DNA of 62,579 nucleotides, the filler included. It is 8 parts of 8 records of this genome, joined end to end, with 100 filler letters (N's around TTAATTAATTAA, not from the genome) between each part and the next. Parts side by side here need not be neighbours in the genome. Positions count along the whole stretch, not along the records: positions 22,311 to 30,950 come from SRR31147125_48336; positions 31,051 to 38,237 come from SRR31147125_48378; positions 38,338 to 47,231 come from SRR31147125_48469; 5 more parts are not named here. One strand, written 5' to 3'. A program made the position numbers and the translations under genes. A model generated the notes under the pieces. The model saw only the letters and a list, made by a program, of their open reading frames with translations. It was not told the DNA's origin and searched no databases. This document shows positions 28,693 to 39,668 of this stretch, piece after piece; the stretch's first letter is position 1, and each line of letters begins with the position of its first letter.

Positions 28693-29559
28693 ATGAGCAA
28701 AACATCGCAAGCGCCTATTTATGTGGTTTCGGGTGGCCGCGGAATTGCAGGGAACAATCTCGTGCAGTCGTTACTTATTCAGTACCCCGATAACAAAGTG
28801 CCTGTTATAATTATGGGGCAGGTGGAAACCGAAGATGAGATTTTTGATGTTATTATGAAAGCAAAAACCGATGGAGGTTTAATTGCTCATACAATGGTAA
28901 ATCCCGATTTCCGCCTTAAAATTAATGAGCTGGGAGCTGAATTTAATGTTAAGGTAATTGATTTAATGGGAGAACTGGCTGAATATCTTGATGATAAATT
29001 GGATGTAAAACCCTTACAACATCCGGGTTTGTATCGCGAAATTAATCACCAGTATTTCGACCGAATTGAATCGATTGAATTTACCCTTTCGCAAGACGAC
29101 GGAATGAGTCCGCAACGCCTTCGTGATGCCGAAATTGTATTAACCGGGCTTTCGCGTGCCGGCAAAACTCCATTAAGTGTTTACCTGGCTATGTACGGTT
29201 GGAAAGTTGCCAATGTGCCTTTAGTGCCGGGTGTTCAACCGCCTCCCGAGTTATTCGAAATTGATCCGAACCGTGTATTTGGCCTGCATATTAGTGCCAG
29301 TCAGTTAATTACTCACCGTCAAAAGCGACTTTCAAGCTGGAAGAATCACCAAAGCGAGACATATATCGATCAGCGTGCTGTGCGCGAGGAAATCCGAAAT
29401 GCCGTATTTGTTTTCGATCGTGGAGGCTTTACTGTAATAAATGTTTCTAACAAACCCATTGAGAGTACGGCCAACGAAATACTAAATATTATGTCGAAAC
29501 GTTTTTCTTACCGTGGGCGGAAGCTGCAGTCGCCATATCACGACCAAAAAGAAAAATAA
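28693..29559 (+). CDS. PEP synthase/PPDK regulatory kinase-pyrophosphorylase (PDRP, DUF299)
   Basis: YFDRIESIEF...DDG, GLSRAGKTPLSVYLA, KVANVPLV, PIESTA. Confidence 0.9.
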   Translation: MSKTSQAPIYVVSGGRGIAGNNLVQSLLIQYPDNKVPVIIMGQVETEDEIFDVIMKAKTDGGLIAHTMVNPDFRLKINELGAEFNVKVIDLMGELAEYLDDKLDVKPLQHPGLYREINHQYFDRIESIEFTLSQDDGMSPQRLRDAEIVLTGLSRAGKTPLSVYLAMYGWKVANVPLVPGVQPPPELFEIDPNRVFGLHISASQLITHRQKRLSSWKNHQSETYIDQRAVREEIRNAVFVFDRGGFTVINVSNKPIESTANEILNIMSKRFSYRGRKLQSPYHDQKEK

Positions 29560-29631
29560 TTTTATTACGAACGCAAGTTTCTTTGAGATGCTGTGTCATA
29601 TCAAAGAATAAAACAAAAATCCTTTATTAAG

Positions 29632-30447
29632 ATGAATAAAAAATTTAGCTGGCGTGCATTTATTAGTTTCGGGTTAACCTGGGCAATGCTTATCCTTATA
29701 CTAACCGGAGTAATACTATATATTGCACCTCCCGGACGATACGCACACTGGGTAGACTGGAAATTGTGGGGCTTAACAAAAGAGGGCTGGCAATCAGTAC
29801 ACACCATATTTTCGATTACTTTTATTGTCCTTTCTGTATTTCATTTGTTTTCGGTTAACTGGAAAGCTTTTAAATCGTATCTGAAATCGAAAGCGTCCTC
29901 CGGCTTCAATAAAAAACGCGAGTTTGTTATTTCAATCGTATTGGTTTTGGTTTTCTTTTTCGGAACCATTTTTTCTATTCCACCCTTTAAAACAGTAATG
30001 GATGCAGGTGATAACTTAACCAACTCGTGGGAGAAAGTAGAAGAAAGAGCTCCGGTTCCACATGCTGAAATGCTTACCCTTGCAGAAATAACCGAACAGC
30101 TGAATTTTTCGTCGGTTGATGAGATTACCCGAAAGCTCGACAACCACAAAATAAAGTATGAAAATGTGGGTAAACAAACACTTCTGGAAATTGCCGAAGC
30201 CAATAATACTACTCCAATCGAGGTTTACGAGATGATTTCGAAAAAGGCCGGGAACCAGCGTCAGGGCTCGGGAGTAGGAAGAAAAACCATTGAGGATTTT
30301 TCGCAAGAGCTTGATAAAAGTGTTGATGAAATAATGAAAATTCTCGAAAAGAATAACATTGAGGCTAAGCCAAATCAGACTTTGCGTGATATTGGAGAAA
30401 ATAATAATCTTCCACCGCGCGATGTTTACAAGTTGATCTCAGAATAG
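29632..30447 (+). CDS. DUF4405 (putative cytochrome b-like) membrane protein with a duplicated C-terminal helical domain
   Basis: TGVILYIAP, W..VH, HLFSVNW; two ~57-aa repeats ending TLLEIAEANN.TPIEVY and TLRDIGENNN.PPRDVY. Confidence 0.8.
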   Translation: MNKKFSWRAFISFGLTWAMLILILTGVILYIAPPGRYAHWVDWKLWGLTKEGWQSVHTIFSITFIVLSVFHLFSVNWKAFKSYLKSKASSGFNKKREFVISIVLVLVFFFGTIFSIPPFKTVMDAGDNLTNSWEKVEERAPVPHAEMLTLAEITEQLNFSSVDEITRKLDNHKIKYENVGKQTLLEIAEANNTTPIEVYEMISKKAGNQRQGSGVGRKTIEDFSQELDKSVDEIMKILEKNNIEAKPNQTLRDIGENNNLPPRDVYKLISE

Positions 30448-30486
30448 TTTTTATTACGTTGCAAAAATGCTAATTTTCAGGACATA

Positions 30487-30950
30487 ATGTCCGACGCCGA
30501 AATCATAGAACAACTAAAACAGGGCAGCGAACTTGCATTTAGAAAGTTGGTTGAAAATCATCAGAAACTGGTGGTGAATACCTGCTATGGTCTGGTTCAG
30601 AACCGCGAAGATGCGGAAGATATTGCACAGGATGTTTTTGTGGAAGTTTACAGAAACATTGAAAACTTCAGAGCCGATTCGAAATTGTCGACCTGGCTTT
30701 ATCGTATTGCAGTAAACCGTTCGCTGAACCACATTCGCGATAATAAAAAACACAAATGGTTTCGCTCGTTCGAAGATGAAGTGGGAGATAAAAACCGGCA
30801 ACTATTACAAGTTAAATCTGCAAAATCGGACCAGCCGGAATATGAACTGGAAAATAAACAGCGGGCAATTATTTTAAAGGAAGCTATAAACAGTTTGCCC
30901 AAAAATCAGAAAGTGGCATTTACTTTAAGCAAGTACGAAGAATTGTCGTA
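30487..30950 (+). CDS. ECF sigma-70 factor, 3'-truncated
   Basis: DAEDIAQDVF, STWLYRIAVN, region 4 start LPKNQK. Confidence 0.92.
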
Positions 30951-31050
30951 NNNNNNNNNNNNNNNNNNNNNNNNNNNNNNNNNNNNNNNNNNNNTTAATT
31001 AATTAANNNNNNNNNNNNNNNNNNNNNNNNNNNNNNNNNNNNNNNNNNNN
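30951..31050. other. Artificial contig spacer
   Basis: N-run + TTAATTAATTAA + N-run. Confidence 0.99.
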
Positions 31051-31177
31051 GCGCATCACAACGATGCATGAACGCTTTTTTATTACAGTATTTTATGGAG
31101 GATTTCCAATAAAACCAAATGACTCAATAAAACCCATTATGTACCCCAGCAAAGGCCTTATGAATTTGGATTAAAAC

Positions 31178-34100
31178 ATGACCACTTCAAATCAGTCCGC
31201 CGTACTTATTCACCAAGGTAGTATTTCACACATTTATCTTCACAAGAAAAATGAATATCACCACCCTGTGGTGATCAAGGTTTTAAGCAGCGATCATCCC
31301 ACGATCAACCAACGGATCAACTTCTACAATGAGTACGAAATTACCAGGACTTTGAAAATTGACGGTGCCCGCAAAGCCATAGCCCAGAGTCGATGGGAGG
31401 ACAAACCCGCCTTGGTCATGCCCTACGTTCCCGGAGTGACGCTCCGGCAGGCATTTGTCGATAAAAAGAGACCTTTGGCCGATTTCCTCCAGGCTGCGAT
31501 TCATATTACGCGAATCCTGGGAGAACTACATAGACACCCCATCATCCACAGGAATATCAACAGCCAAAACATTCTTTTTGATCCTGAGACCAAAGAGATT
31601 CACATCATTGATTTCAGTCTGGCCTCCCGGCTTGACCTTAGGATTCGACATCCGGATAACCCGCAAGGGTTGCCGGGCACCCTGGCCTATATCTCGCCGG
31701 AGCAGACCGGTCGGATGAACCGGGTGGTGGATCATCGTACCGATTTATACTCTCTGGGAGTGACGTTCTATGAACTTTTGACCGGTCGACTTCCATTTGA
31801 AATCGACGATCCCCTGGCCCTGGTCCATGCCCATCTGGCCAGCCCTCCTGAACCGGTTGCAGAGAAAACCCCCGATATTCCCGTCATTGTTTCGGACATT
31901 GTCATGAAATTATTGGCCAAAAATGCAGAAGAGCGTTATCAGTCGGCATTTGGTTTAAAAGCCGATCTGGAACGCTGCCTAACGAGCCAGACCCAGCTCC
32001 AAGGGGCAGAGAGCCTTGCAAAATCGAATTTCAAATTGGGACGAAGCGACCACATCGGTCAACTCCATTTTCCGCAAAAACTGTATGGTCGATCCACTGC
32101 GCTTACCGATCTGATCGATGCCCTTGAACGGAGCACAAAGGGCGCGCAGGAATTGATTTTGGTATCCGGTCATCCCGGAGTGGGTAAGTCGGCCCTGGCA
32201 GCTCAACTCCATGGACCTATCACGGAAAAACGGGGCTATTTCATCATTGGAAAATTTGATCAGTACCGCAAATACACCCCATATTCGGCCATTGCCCAGG
32301 CCTTTGATCAACTGGCGGATTTAATGATGATCGAATCGGAATCAACCCTTCGCCGGTGGCGGGCCAGGATATTGGCGGCCGTGGGTGACAACGGAGCCGT
32401 ATTGACCGAAATGATCCCCAATTTAGAGAAGCTCATCGGACCTCAGCCGGGGGGGCTGAAACTGGACGGAAGGGAGGGCCGCAACCGGTTGAATTTGACA
32501 TTTCAGAACTTTGTCCAAGCCGTCAGCACAGCCGAACACCCATTGGTGATCTTTATTGACGATTTGCAATGGGCTGATTCGGCCTCATTGGAATTGTTCA
32601 AAAATCTACTTTTGAATGAGGTGATTTCCCATTTTTTGCTGATTGGATCCTATCGCCACAATGAGGTGAATGCGACTCATCCGTTATCGATGGCACGGGA
32701 TGAATTGAGCGCCAAGGGTGTTGTGATACGATCGACGCATCTGAAGAATCTGAAAAAACGGATGTTTCTCAACTGATTGAAGACAGTTTGGCCGGTTCAA
32801 TTACGGACAAGCAGGCCCTGACCGAACTGGTTTACTCCAAAACACGGGGAAACGCCTTTTTCACCCGTCAGTTTCTCCGGAATCTATATGAAGAGAGGGT
32901 GCTGCGTTTCAATTTCGACACTTGCCGCTGGGAGTGTGATTCCAATCAAATCAAAACCCGAAACATCACCGATAATGTCGTTGAATTGATGGTCGAAAAA
33001 ATGGGCAAACTCCCTTTCCAAACCATCCAATTACTCCAATTGGCCGCCTGCATCGGAAATCAATTCGATCTGCAAACCTTGGCTTTAGTGTCTCAAAAAA
33101 GTACCGCCCAGGCCTTGGCGGCTCTAGATGAAGCGCTCATCCAAGGGGTCGTATTTCCCTTGGATGAGTACTACAAACTTCCCGACATGGCCGGTCGGGC
33201 CTGTTTTGTTTTTCAGCACGACCGAGTGCAACAAGCCGCTTACAGCCAAATTTCCCCCTCGGGGCGACAAAAGGCCCATTTAACCATCGGCCGTTTGCTG
33301 CTCACCAACACGCGGGATGAAGAGCCGGAACAACGGGTTTTTGATATCGTGCAGCATTGCAATCGGGCCGAAGAGCTGATCACCGCTGAAGCCGATCGGT
33401 TTGAAATGGCAACGTTGAACATGCGTGCGGCGGATCTGGCAAACAAGGCGGTGGCATTTCACTCCGCCAAAGGCTATCTGGAAACAGCCATGGCTTTCAT
33501 GCCCCCGGATGCCTGGAATAGATACTATGAGCAAACGCTGAAACTTCACTCTCAACTGGCCACGACCCTGGCGCTCACCGGTGATGTTGAGCAACTGGAA
33601 CGTATTTACCAAATTACCCTGAAACGGGCATGTCATCTCGTGGACACGGTCCGGGTGACCCAGGCCAGAATTCAAGCATTCATATCCAAAGGGGAATTTC
33701 TTCAGGTGCTTGAAATGGGTGTGGATTTTCTTGACGTATTGGGATTTTCTTTAAACCACACCCCTCCCCTGACGAAGCCGATCAATTTTTGCTGGAAACG
33801 TCTGAATGGTTGACCCAGGCGCGGATTGAATCCATCCCCCATCTGCCCCAAGCCCCGGCCGAAGAACAACTGATTATGCAATTCTCCCAGGCATTGAACG
33901 CCCCGGCATTTATTGCCAGAGCACCCCTTTATATAATGCTGAATACAAAACTGGTCCGACTTTGCATCGAAAAAGGGCTGGCGCACGGCGCGCTTCCGGC
34001 CCTGACCAATTTTGCATTTCTGCTTTGCTTGATTCTGCATCAGGTACCCAAGGCCATGGATCTGGTTGAAACCATACGAAAATTGGCTGAAGAGAGGTTC

Positions 34101-37100
34101 CCCTCCGGCAGTCTGCTGTCGTTTGTCTACGTGATTCTCGGCAGCTATCTGTGCCATCGAAATAGACATCTAAAACATTGTTTGTCGATCCTGAACAAGG
34201 GCGTGGAGAAAGGGCTGACATCCGGCAATTTTGAATTTGCAGGGTATGGGGTTTGGGATATTACCTGGACTCGGTTATTCCTGGGAACCCCTTTGGACCG
34301 GATGTCGAAGAGTTGTCGTCAGGCCCTCGGCGTATGTCAAAAGATGCAGCGCTCCCGGGTAAAAGAGTGGTGTGCACTGCCTTATCAAGTCACCCTCAAT
34401 CTGAAAGGCAATAGTGAAATCCCATGGGTTTTAAAGGGCGACATGTTCGATGAAGATGTGCAACAGAGTTTGGCCCTTGAGAGCAACGATTTTTTGGATG
34501 CGTTTTTCATCATCTTTGTCAAAGGGTGGCTGCGTTACCTGTTCGGTCACCCACGGGAAGCCATTGGATGTTTCCGTGAGGCGGAAAAATATACGCTGCA
34601 AGGAATGGGGAACTATGCGGAGACGCAATTTTACCTCTACGATGCTTTGGCCAATGCAGCGGTGTGTGCCGATCAGCCAACCGATGGGCAGCTCGAGAAC
34701 CTTCAACGGATCGACCGCAGCCTGGAAGCACTTGAGGTATGGGTGCGGTTTGCTCCGATGAACCACCGGCATAAAAAAGATCTGATACTGGCTGAAAAAG
34801 CCCGTATCCAGGGAAAATACTGGGAAGCACAGGAGCTTTACAATCAGTCCATCGAGAGCGCCAAAGCCAACGATTTTGTGTCTGAAGAGGCCCTGGCAAA
34901 TGAACTGTACGGTCAATTCTGGCTGGATCGGGGACGGGAAGAGGTGAGCCGTGTTTACCTGAAAAAGGCTCAAAATCTATACCGCTTATGGGGAGCAACT
35001 GCCAAGGTCGATCAGCTGATGGAGAAATTCGGGGCGATCCTGGCCCCCCTGGAACGAGGGGAGGACCGGGATGACCGAATCGGGTTCGGGCATTGGCTCT
35101 TCTGCATACAGACATTCCGGATCTACCGATAGTCTGGATATCGCCAGTCTGATGAAGGCCAACCAGAGTTTGGCTCAAACGGTTGCGTTGACCGATTTGA
35201 TGACCCAAATGATTGGTATCGTATTGGAAAATGCGGGGGCCGAAAAGGCAATCATTCTATGTCCCGACAAAGGAGATTGGTTCATTGAAGCCGCTGGGAA
35301 GACCGGGAGTCAACCAGTCCAAACCCGGATGCATACCCCCTTGACCGAAACCGCCGGACTTCCGTTGAATGTATTGAACTACGTGATTCACTCAGAGCGG
35401 ACGGTGGCTCTGAAAAATGCAGTCAAGGATCCCCGGTTCGGCACAGATCCCTATTTTCGGGCCGAACCGATCAAGTCGGTCCTGTGTATGCCCGTACTGT
35501 ACAAGGATGAGCTTACGCTGATGCTCTATTTGGAAAACAATCTGACTGAAGGGGCCTTTACCCCAAACCGCTTGGAATGGTTGCAATTGCTCTCGGGACA
35601 GATGGCCATTTCAATGGAAAACGCCTCGATGGTTGATCAGTTGAAAACGTCCATTGCAGAGCGTGATAAGATGCAAAAAGGCCTGGAGATGTTTCGGTTC
35701 ACCATTGATCAGGCACCCGATGCGGTGTTCTGGATAGACCGGGAAGGGCGATTCTCATATGTCAATGAACAGGCCTGCCGATCTTTGGGATACACCAAAA
35801 CAGAGTTGGAGAAATTGCACCTATGGGATATCGATCCGGAATTTCCCCAAGCCATTCATGGTGAGGCGTGGGACATCTTCCAAAAGGGAAATCCCACCGA
35901 AACTTATCAGATTGAGTCCCAGCAAAAATGCAAGAACGGTTCTTTTTTTCCGGTTGAGGTTTTGGCCCGGCATATGTGGTTCAGTGACACCGAGTTGCAC
36001 ATCACCTTTGTCCGCGACATCACCGAACGAAAACGAACCGAGGAGTCCCTGCAGATTAACCAATTCAGCTTTGACCGTGCTGCCATGGGGATCTACCGCA
36101 TCGCCGAAGATGCCCGGATATTGGAGGTCAACCAAAGAGCGACCGAGATAATCGGTTATTCCCGGGAAGAGCTGGCCACCATGACCCTTATGGATATCGA
36201 TCCTTGGGTGACCCAGAAGAGTTGGGGGCCCATCTGGAAGCAACTGTTGGATAAAAGCTTGGATAGTTTTGAAACAACTCATATTGGAAAAGACGGCAGA
36301 AAGATTCCGGTGGAGATTCATTCCAACCTTTTAGAGTATGACGGCCAGCGGTTTTCCATCTGTTTTGTTCAGGATATCACCCAGCGCAAGGAGGCGGAAG
36401 CGGAATGCAATCAACTGCGCAACTATCTGTCCGACATCATCGACTCCATGCCCTCGGTACTGATCGGCGTGGACTCCAAAGGGCGTGTCACCCTTTGGAA
36501 CAGCAAGGCTGAACAACTAACCAAGATACCGCCTGATACCGCCATCGGCCAACCGATTGAAAAATCGTATCCGCGTCTTTCAAGTGAGTTGAAGCGGATA
36601 CGACAAGCCATCACTTCAGGAAAAGTTTCCCATGCGACTCGTCAGTCAAGAAAAGGGAAGGATCAGGTTGTTTATGAAGATATCACCATTTACCCTTCCA
36701 ACGCCAACGATGTCGAAGGCGCGGTGATCCGCATCGATGATGTGACGGAAAAAGTTCGCATGGAAGAGATGGTGGTGCATAGCGAAAAAATGCTGTCCGT
36801 GGGAGGTCTGGCTGCCGGCATGGCCCATGAAATCAACAATCCGCTGGCCGGTATTCTTCTGACCTGCAACGCCATGCAAAACAGGCTGGGAACGACGGTG
36901 GATATCCCCGCCAATCACCAGGCAGCGGAAGCCGCCGGTACCACCATGGCGTCCATTGGTCAGTTTATGGAGATGAGGAAAATCTCAAGCATGATCGAAA
37001 CCATCAGCAACTCGGGACGGCGGGTGTCAGCCATTGTCGAAAGCATGCTCAGTTTCTCCCGTAAAAGCGAGGGCACCTTTTCCATTCATGCTCTGGATAA

Positions 37101-37574
37101 AATCATCGATGAAAGTCTGATGCTTGCGGCCACGGATTATGACTTGAAAAAGGAATATGATTTCAAAAATATTGAAATAGAAAAGAAGTACGCCGGAAAC
37201 CTCCCCCGATTTCATGCGAAAGGTCGAAGATTCAACAAGTGCTGCTCAATATTTTCGGAAACGGGGCCCAAGCCATGCAAATGGCCGGAGTGGATCAGCC
37301 AAGGCTTCACATTCGAACCTGGTTCGATAAAGAGCGACGGATGGCCTGTCTCTCCATAGAAGACAACGGACCCGGCATGGATGAAAAAACCCGGAAGCGG
37401 GTGTTCGAGCCGTTTTTTACGACAAAACCGGTGGGGTTGGGCACGGGTCTCGGGTTAAGCGTGTCCTATTTTATCATCACCGAAAATCATCGGGGGGAAA
37501 TGGAAGTGGAATCCCACCCTGCAGAAGGGGCAAAATTTATCATCCGGTTACCACTGAAGGAAAATACGAAATGA
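31178..37574 (+). CDS. Multidomain sensor: Ser/Thr-kinase-like + AAA/STAND ATPase + helical region + GAF + 3 PAS + His kinase; split into five ORFs by probable sequencing frameshifts (~32755, ~33775, ~35065, ~37205)
   Basis: GTLAYISPEQTGRMNR, DLYSLG; Walker A GHPGVGKS and Walker B IFIDD; FQHDRVQQAAY; LYLENNL GAF; RDITE/QDITQ/DDVTE PAS ends; AHEINNPL; DNGPG, FFTTK, GTGLGL. Confidence 0.85.
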
Positions 37575-38173
37575 ACGACACCCATAAAGAAACCATTTTG
37601 ATCATTGATGATGATGAATCCGTTAGAAAAGGCCTTTCATTTTATCTTGAAGACTATGGCTATGGCATCCTCACGGCTGAAAACGGTCGTATCGCTGTTG
37701 ACCTTTTCGATCGCCAAAACGCCGACCTGGTTCTGGTGGACCTGGATATGCCGGAAATGAATGGCCTGGAAGTTCTGAAGCTGCTCACCCGTAAAAGTCC
37801 GCATACCCCACTGATTGTCATTACTGGCGCTCAAAAAATATCGGATGCCATAACGGCCATGAGACATGGTGCCTGGGACTACCTGGTAAAACCCATCGAC
37901 GACGCTTCAAAATTGACTGATGCCATTGAAAGCGGGCTGTCCAAGGCGCGGGTCAAAAAGAAACAATTTGATAAGGACGTTCAGAAAGCCCTTGATGGGC
38001 TGAAGATGCTGAAAGGCATTATTCCCATATGCTCATATTGCAAGAAGATTCGTGACTCCGAGGATACTTGGGAGGAAGTGGATGTGTATATTACCAAAAA
38101 CTCCCAAGCCATATTCAGCCATGGGATTTGCCCGGCGTGCATGAAAAAAAATTTTTCGGATCTATTCGATTAG
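37571..38173 (+). CDS. Response regulator with a Cys/His-rich C-terminal domain
   Basis: REC domain (IIDDD, LVDLDMP, T, KP); C-terminus IPICSYCKKIRD...FSHGICPAC; ATG overlaps the kinase stop. Confidence 0.9.
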   Translation: MNDTHKETILIIDDDESVRKGLSFYLEDYGYGILTAENGRIAVDLFDRQNADLVLVDLDMPEMNGLEVLKLLTRKSPHTPLIVITGAQKISDAITAMRHGAWDYLVKPIDDASKLTDAIESGLSKARVKKKQFDKDVQKALDGLKMLKGIIPICSYCKKIRDSEDTWEEVDVYITKNSQAIFSHGICPACMKKNFSDLFD

Positions 38174-38237
38174 ACTCTTCAGACATAAATTCTCATATCC
38201 GACACTACATAAGTACCTGGACACAAGTTGTCTGGTA

Positions 38238-38337
38238 NNNNNNNNNNNNNNNNNNNNNNNNNNNNNNNNNNNNNNNNNNNNTTAATTAATTAANNNNNNN
38301 NNNNNNNNNNNNNNNNNNNNNNNNNNNNNNNNNNNNN
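38238..38337. other. Artificial contig spacer
   Basis: N-run + TTAATTAATTAA + N-run. Confidence 0.99.
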
Positions 38338-38364
38338 GGGGCCGGATTCGGATTGTCTCTCTTT

Positions 38365-39603
38365 TCATCCATACCGGATTGCCTCGACGGGTTGTAGACG
38401 CGATGCCTGCCGCGCTGGGTAAAGGGTTGCTATAAAACTGATGGTCAAGGCCGAAAGTGCCACCAGTACTACATCCAATGTCTTGAGGTCCACCGGCAGT
38501 GCCGTGATGTAATAGACATCGCCAGGGAGACGGATCAGGCCATAACTGCTCTGCAGGTAACATAAAAGTACGCCGAGGAGAACGCCTGACGCCGTACCGA
38601 TGGCGCCGATGAGCATGCCCTGCAAAACGAAGATTCGTCTGATGCTCGTGCTGGTTGCCCCAAGCGTTCTTAATATGGCGATATCTTTTATTTTCTCCAT
38701 TACCATCATGACCAGGGAACTGGTGATGCTGAATGTGGCCACCAAGGTGATGAGGGTCAATGTGATAAACATGGCCGCCTTTTCCAGTTTCAGCGCCGAG
38801 AAGAGATTTTTGTTCAGTTGAGACCAATCTCGCATTCGAAAGCCGCTCTCAAGGAGCATTGACAACTTGTCCTTGATGGCTGATGAGTGCAGGACATCGT
38901 CGACCCGCACTTCGACGGCGCTGACCGATCCCCGCGATCGGGCCAGCGCCTGAGCGTCTTGAAGCCTTATGAAGGCCAGGCTGCCATCGTATTCATACAT
39001 ACCGGTCTGAAAAATATCCGCCAGGACAAATCGTTTCATGTAAGGGACAAATCCCACGGGCGCCAATTTCCCACGGGGAGATATGACAAACAGGCTCTCT
39101 CCCTTTAGAAGGCCCAGATTGCGTGCCAGATCTCGCCCCATGATCAGCGGCGGCGGTTGAGGTCCGGTTGTCGTGCGGCCGTCACCATCGGGAAAGTCGC
39201 TGAGCAGGTCCAGTTGTTTCAATTCAAGACCTTTTCCGGCAGCAACAGGATCGACTCCTTTGATAACGGCTATGGCCACCCGGGCATCAGATTTGAGCAT
39301 GACCTGAAGCTCTTCCAGTGGCCATGCTGCTTGAACGCCTGAAACCGACTTGGCCTGCGTAACCACATGTTCATAACCTTCTATCGTATCTCCGTTGCGG
39401 TCGATCACAAGATGGGGTTCTATTCCCATAATCCGGGTTTTAAGATCGGTTTCGAAGCCGGCCATTACCCCGATCACCACGATGAGGGCGGTCACGCCGA
39501 TGGTTACACCGGCGATGGACAATAGGGTGATCAACGACAGAATCGTTCCTTTGGGTTTGGATTTGAAGTATCGTCGGCTTATGAATAGTTCGAACCGCAT
39601 CAT
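38365..39603 (-). CDS. lolE: Lipoprotein-releasing ABC transporter permease LolC/E
   Basis: SIAGVTIGV..LIVV.GVM.GF, LFSALKLEK, DIAILRTLGA, YPARQASRL.PVEAIRY; downstream of lysS. Confidence 0.9.
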   Translation of the reverse strand: MMRFELFISRRYFKSKPKGTILSLITLLSIAGVTIGVTALIVVIGVMAGFETDLKTRIMGIEPHLVIDRNGDTIEGYEHVVTQAKSVSGVQAAWPLEELQVMLKSDARVAIAVIKGVDPVAAGKGLELKQLDLLSDFPDGDGRTTTGPQPPPLIMGRDLARNLGLLKGESLFVISPRGKLAPVGFVPYMKRFVLADIFQTGMYEYDGSLAFIRLQDAQALARSRGSVSAVEVRVDDVLHSSAIKDKLSMLLESGFRMRDWSQLNKNLFSALKLEKAAMFITLTLITLVATFSITSSLVMMVMEKIKDIAILRTLGATSTSIRRIFVLQGMLIGAIGTASGVLLGVLLCYLQSSYGLIRLPGDVYYITALPVDLKTLDVVLVALSALTISFIATLYPARQASRLQPVEAIRYG

Positions 39604-39668
39604 CCCCTATACTGGCATTCCGCCGTCCCCTGAAAGTTGAAGTGTCCTAAAAGGGCGTTCCCCTCGGG

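Noticed and set aside
38338-38372. Start of lolD overlapping the lolE stop
   Set aside because: Only 11 codons are visible; plausible from gene order but not supportable from sequence.
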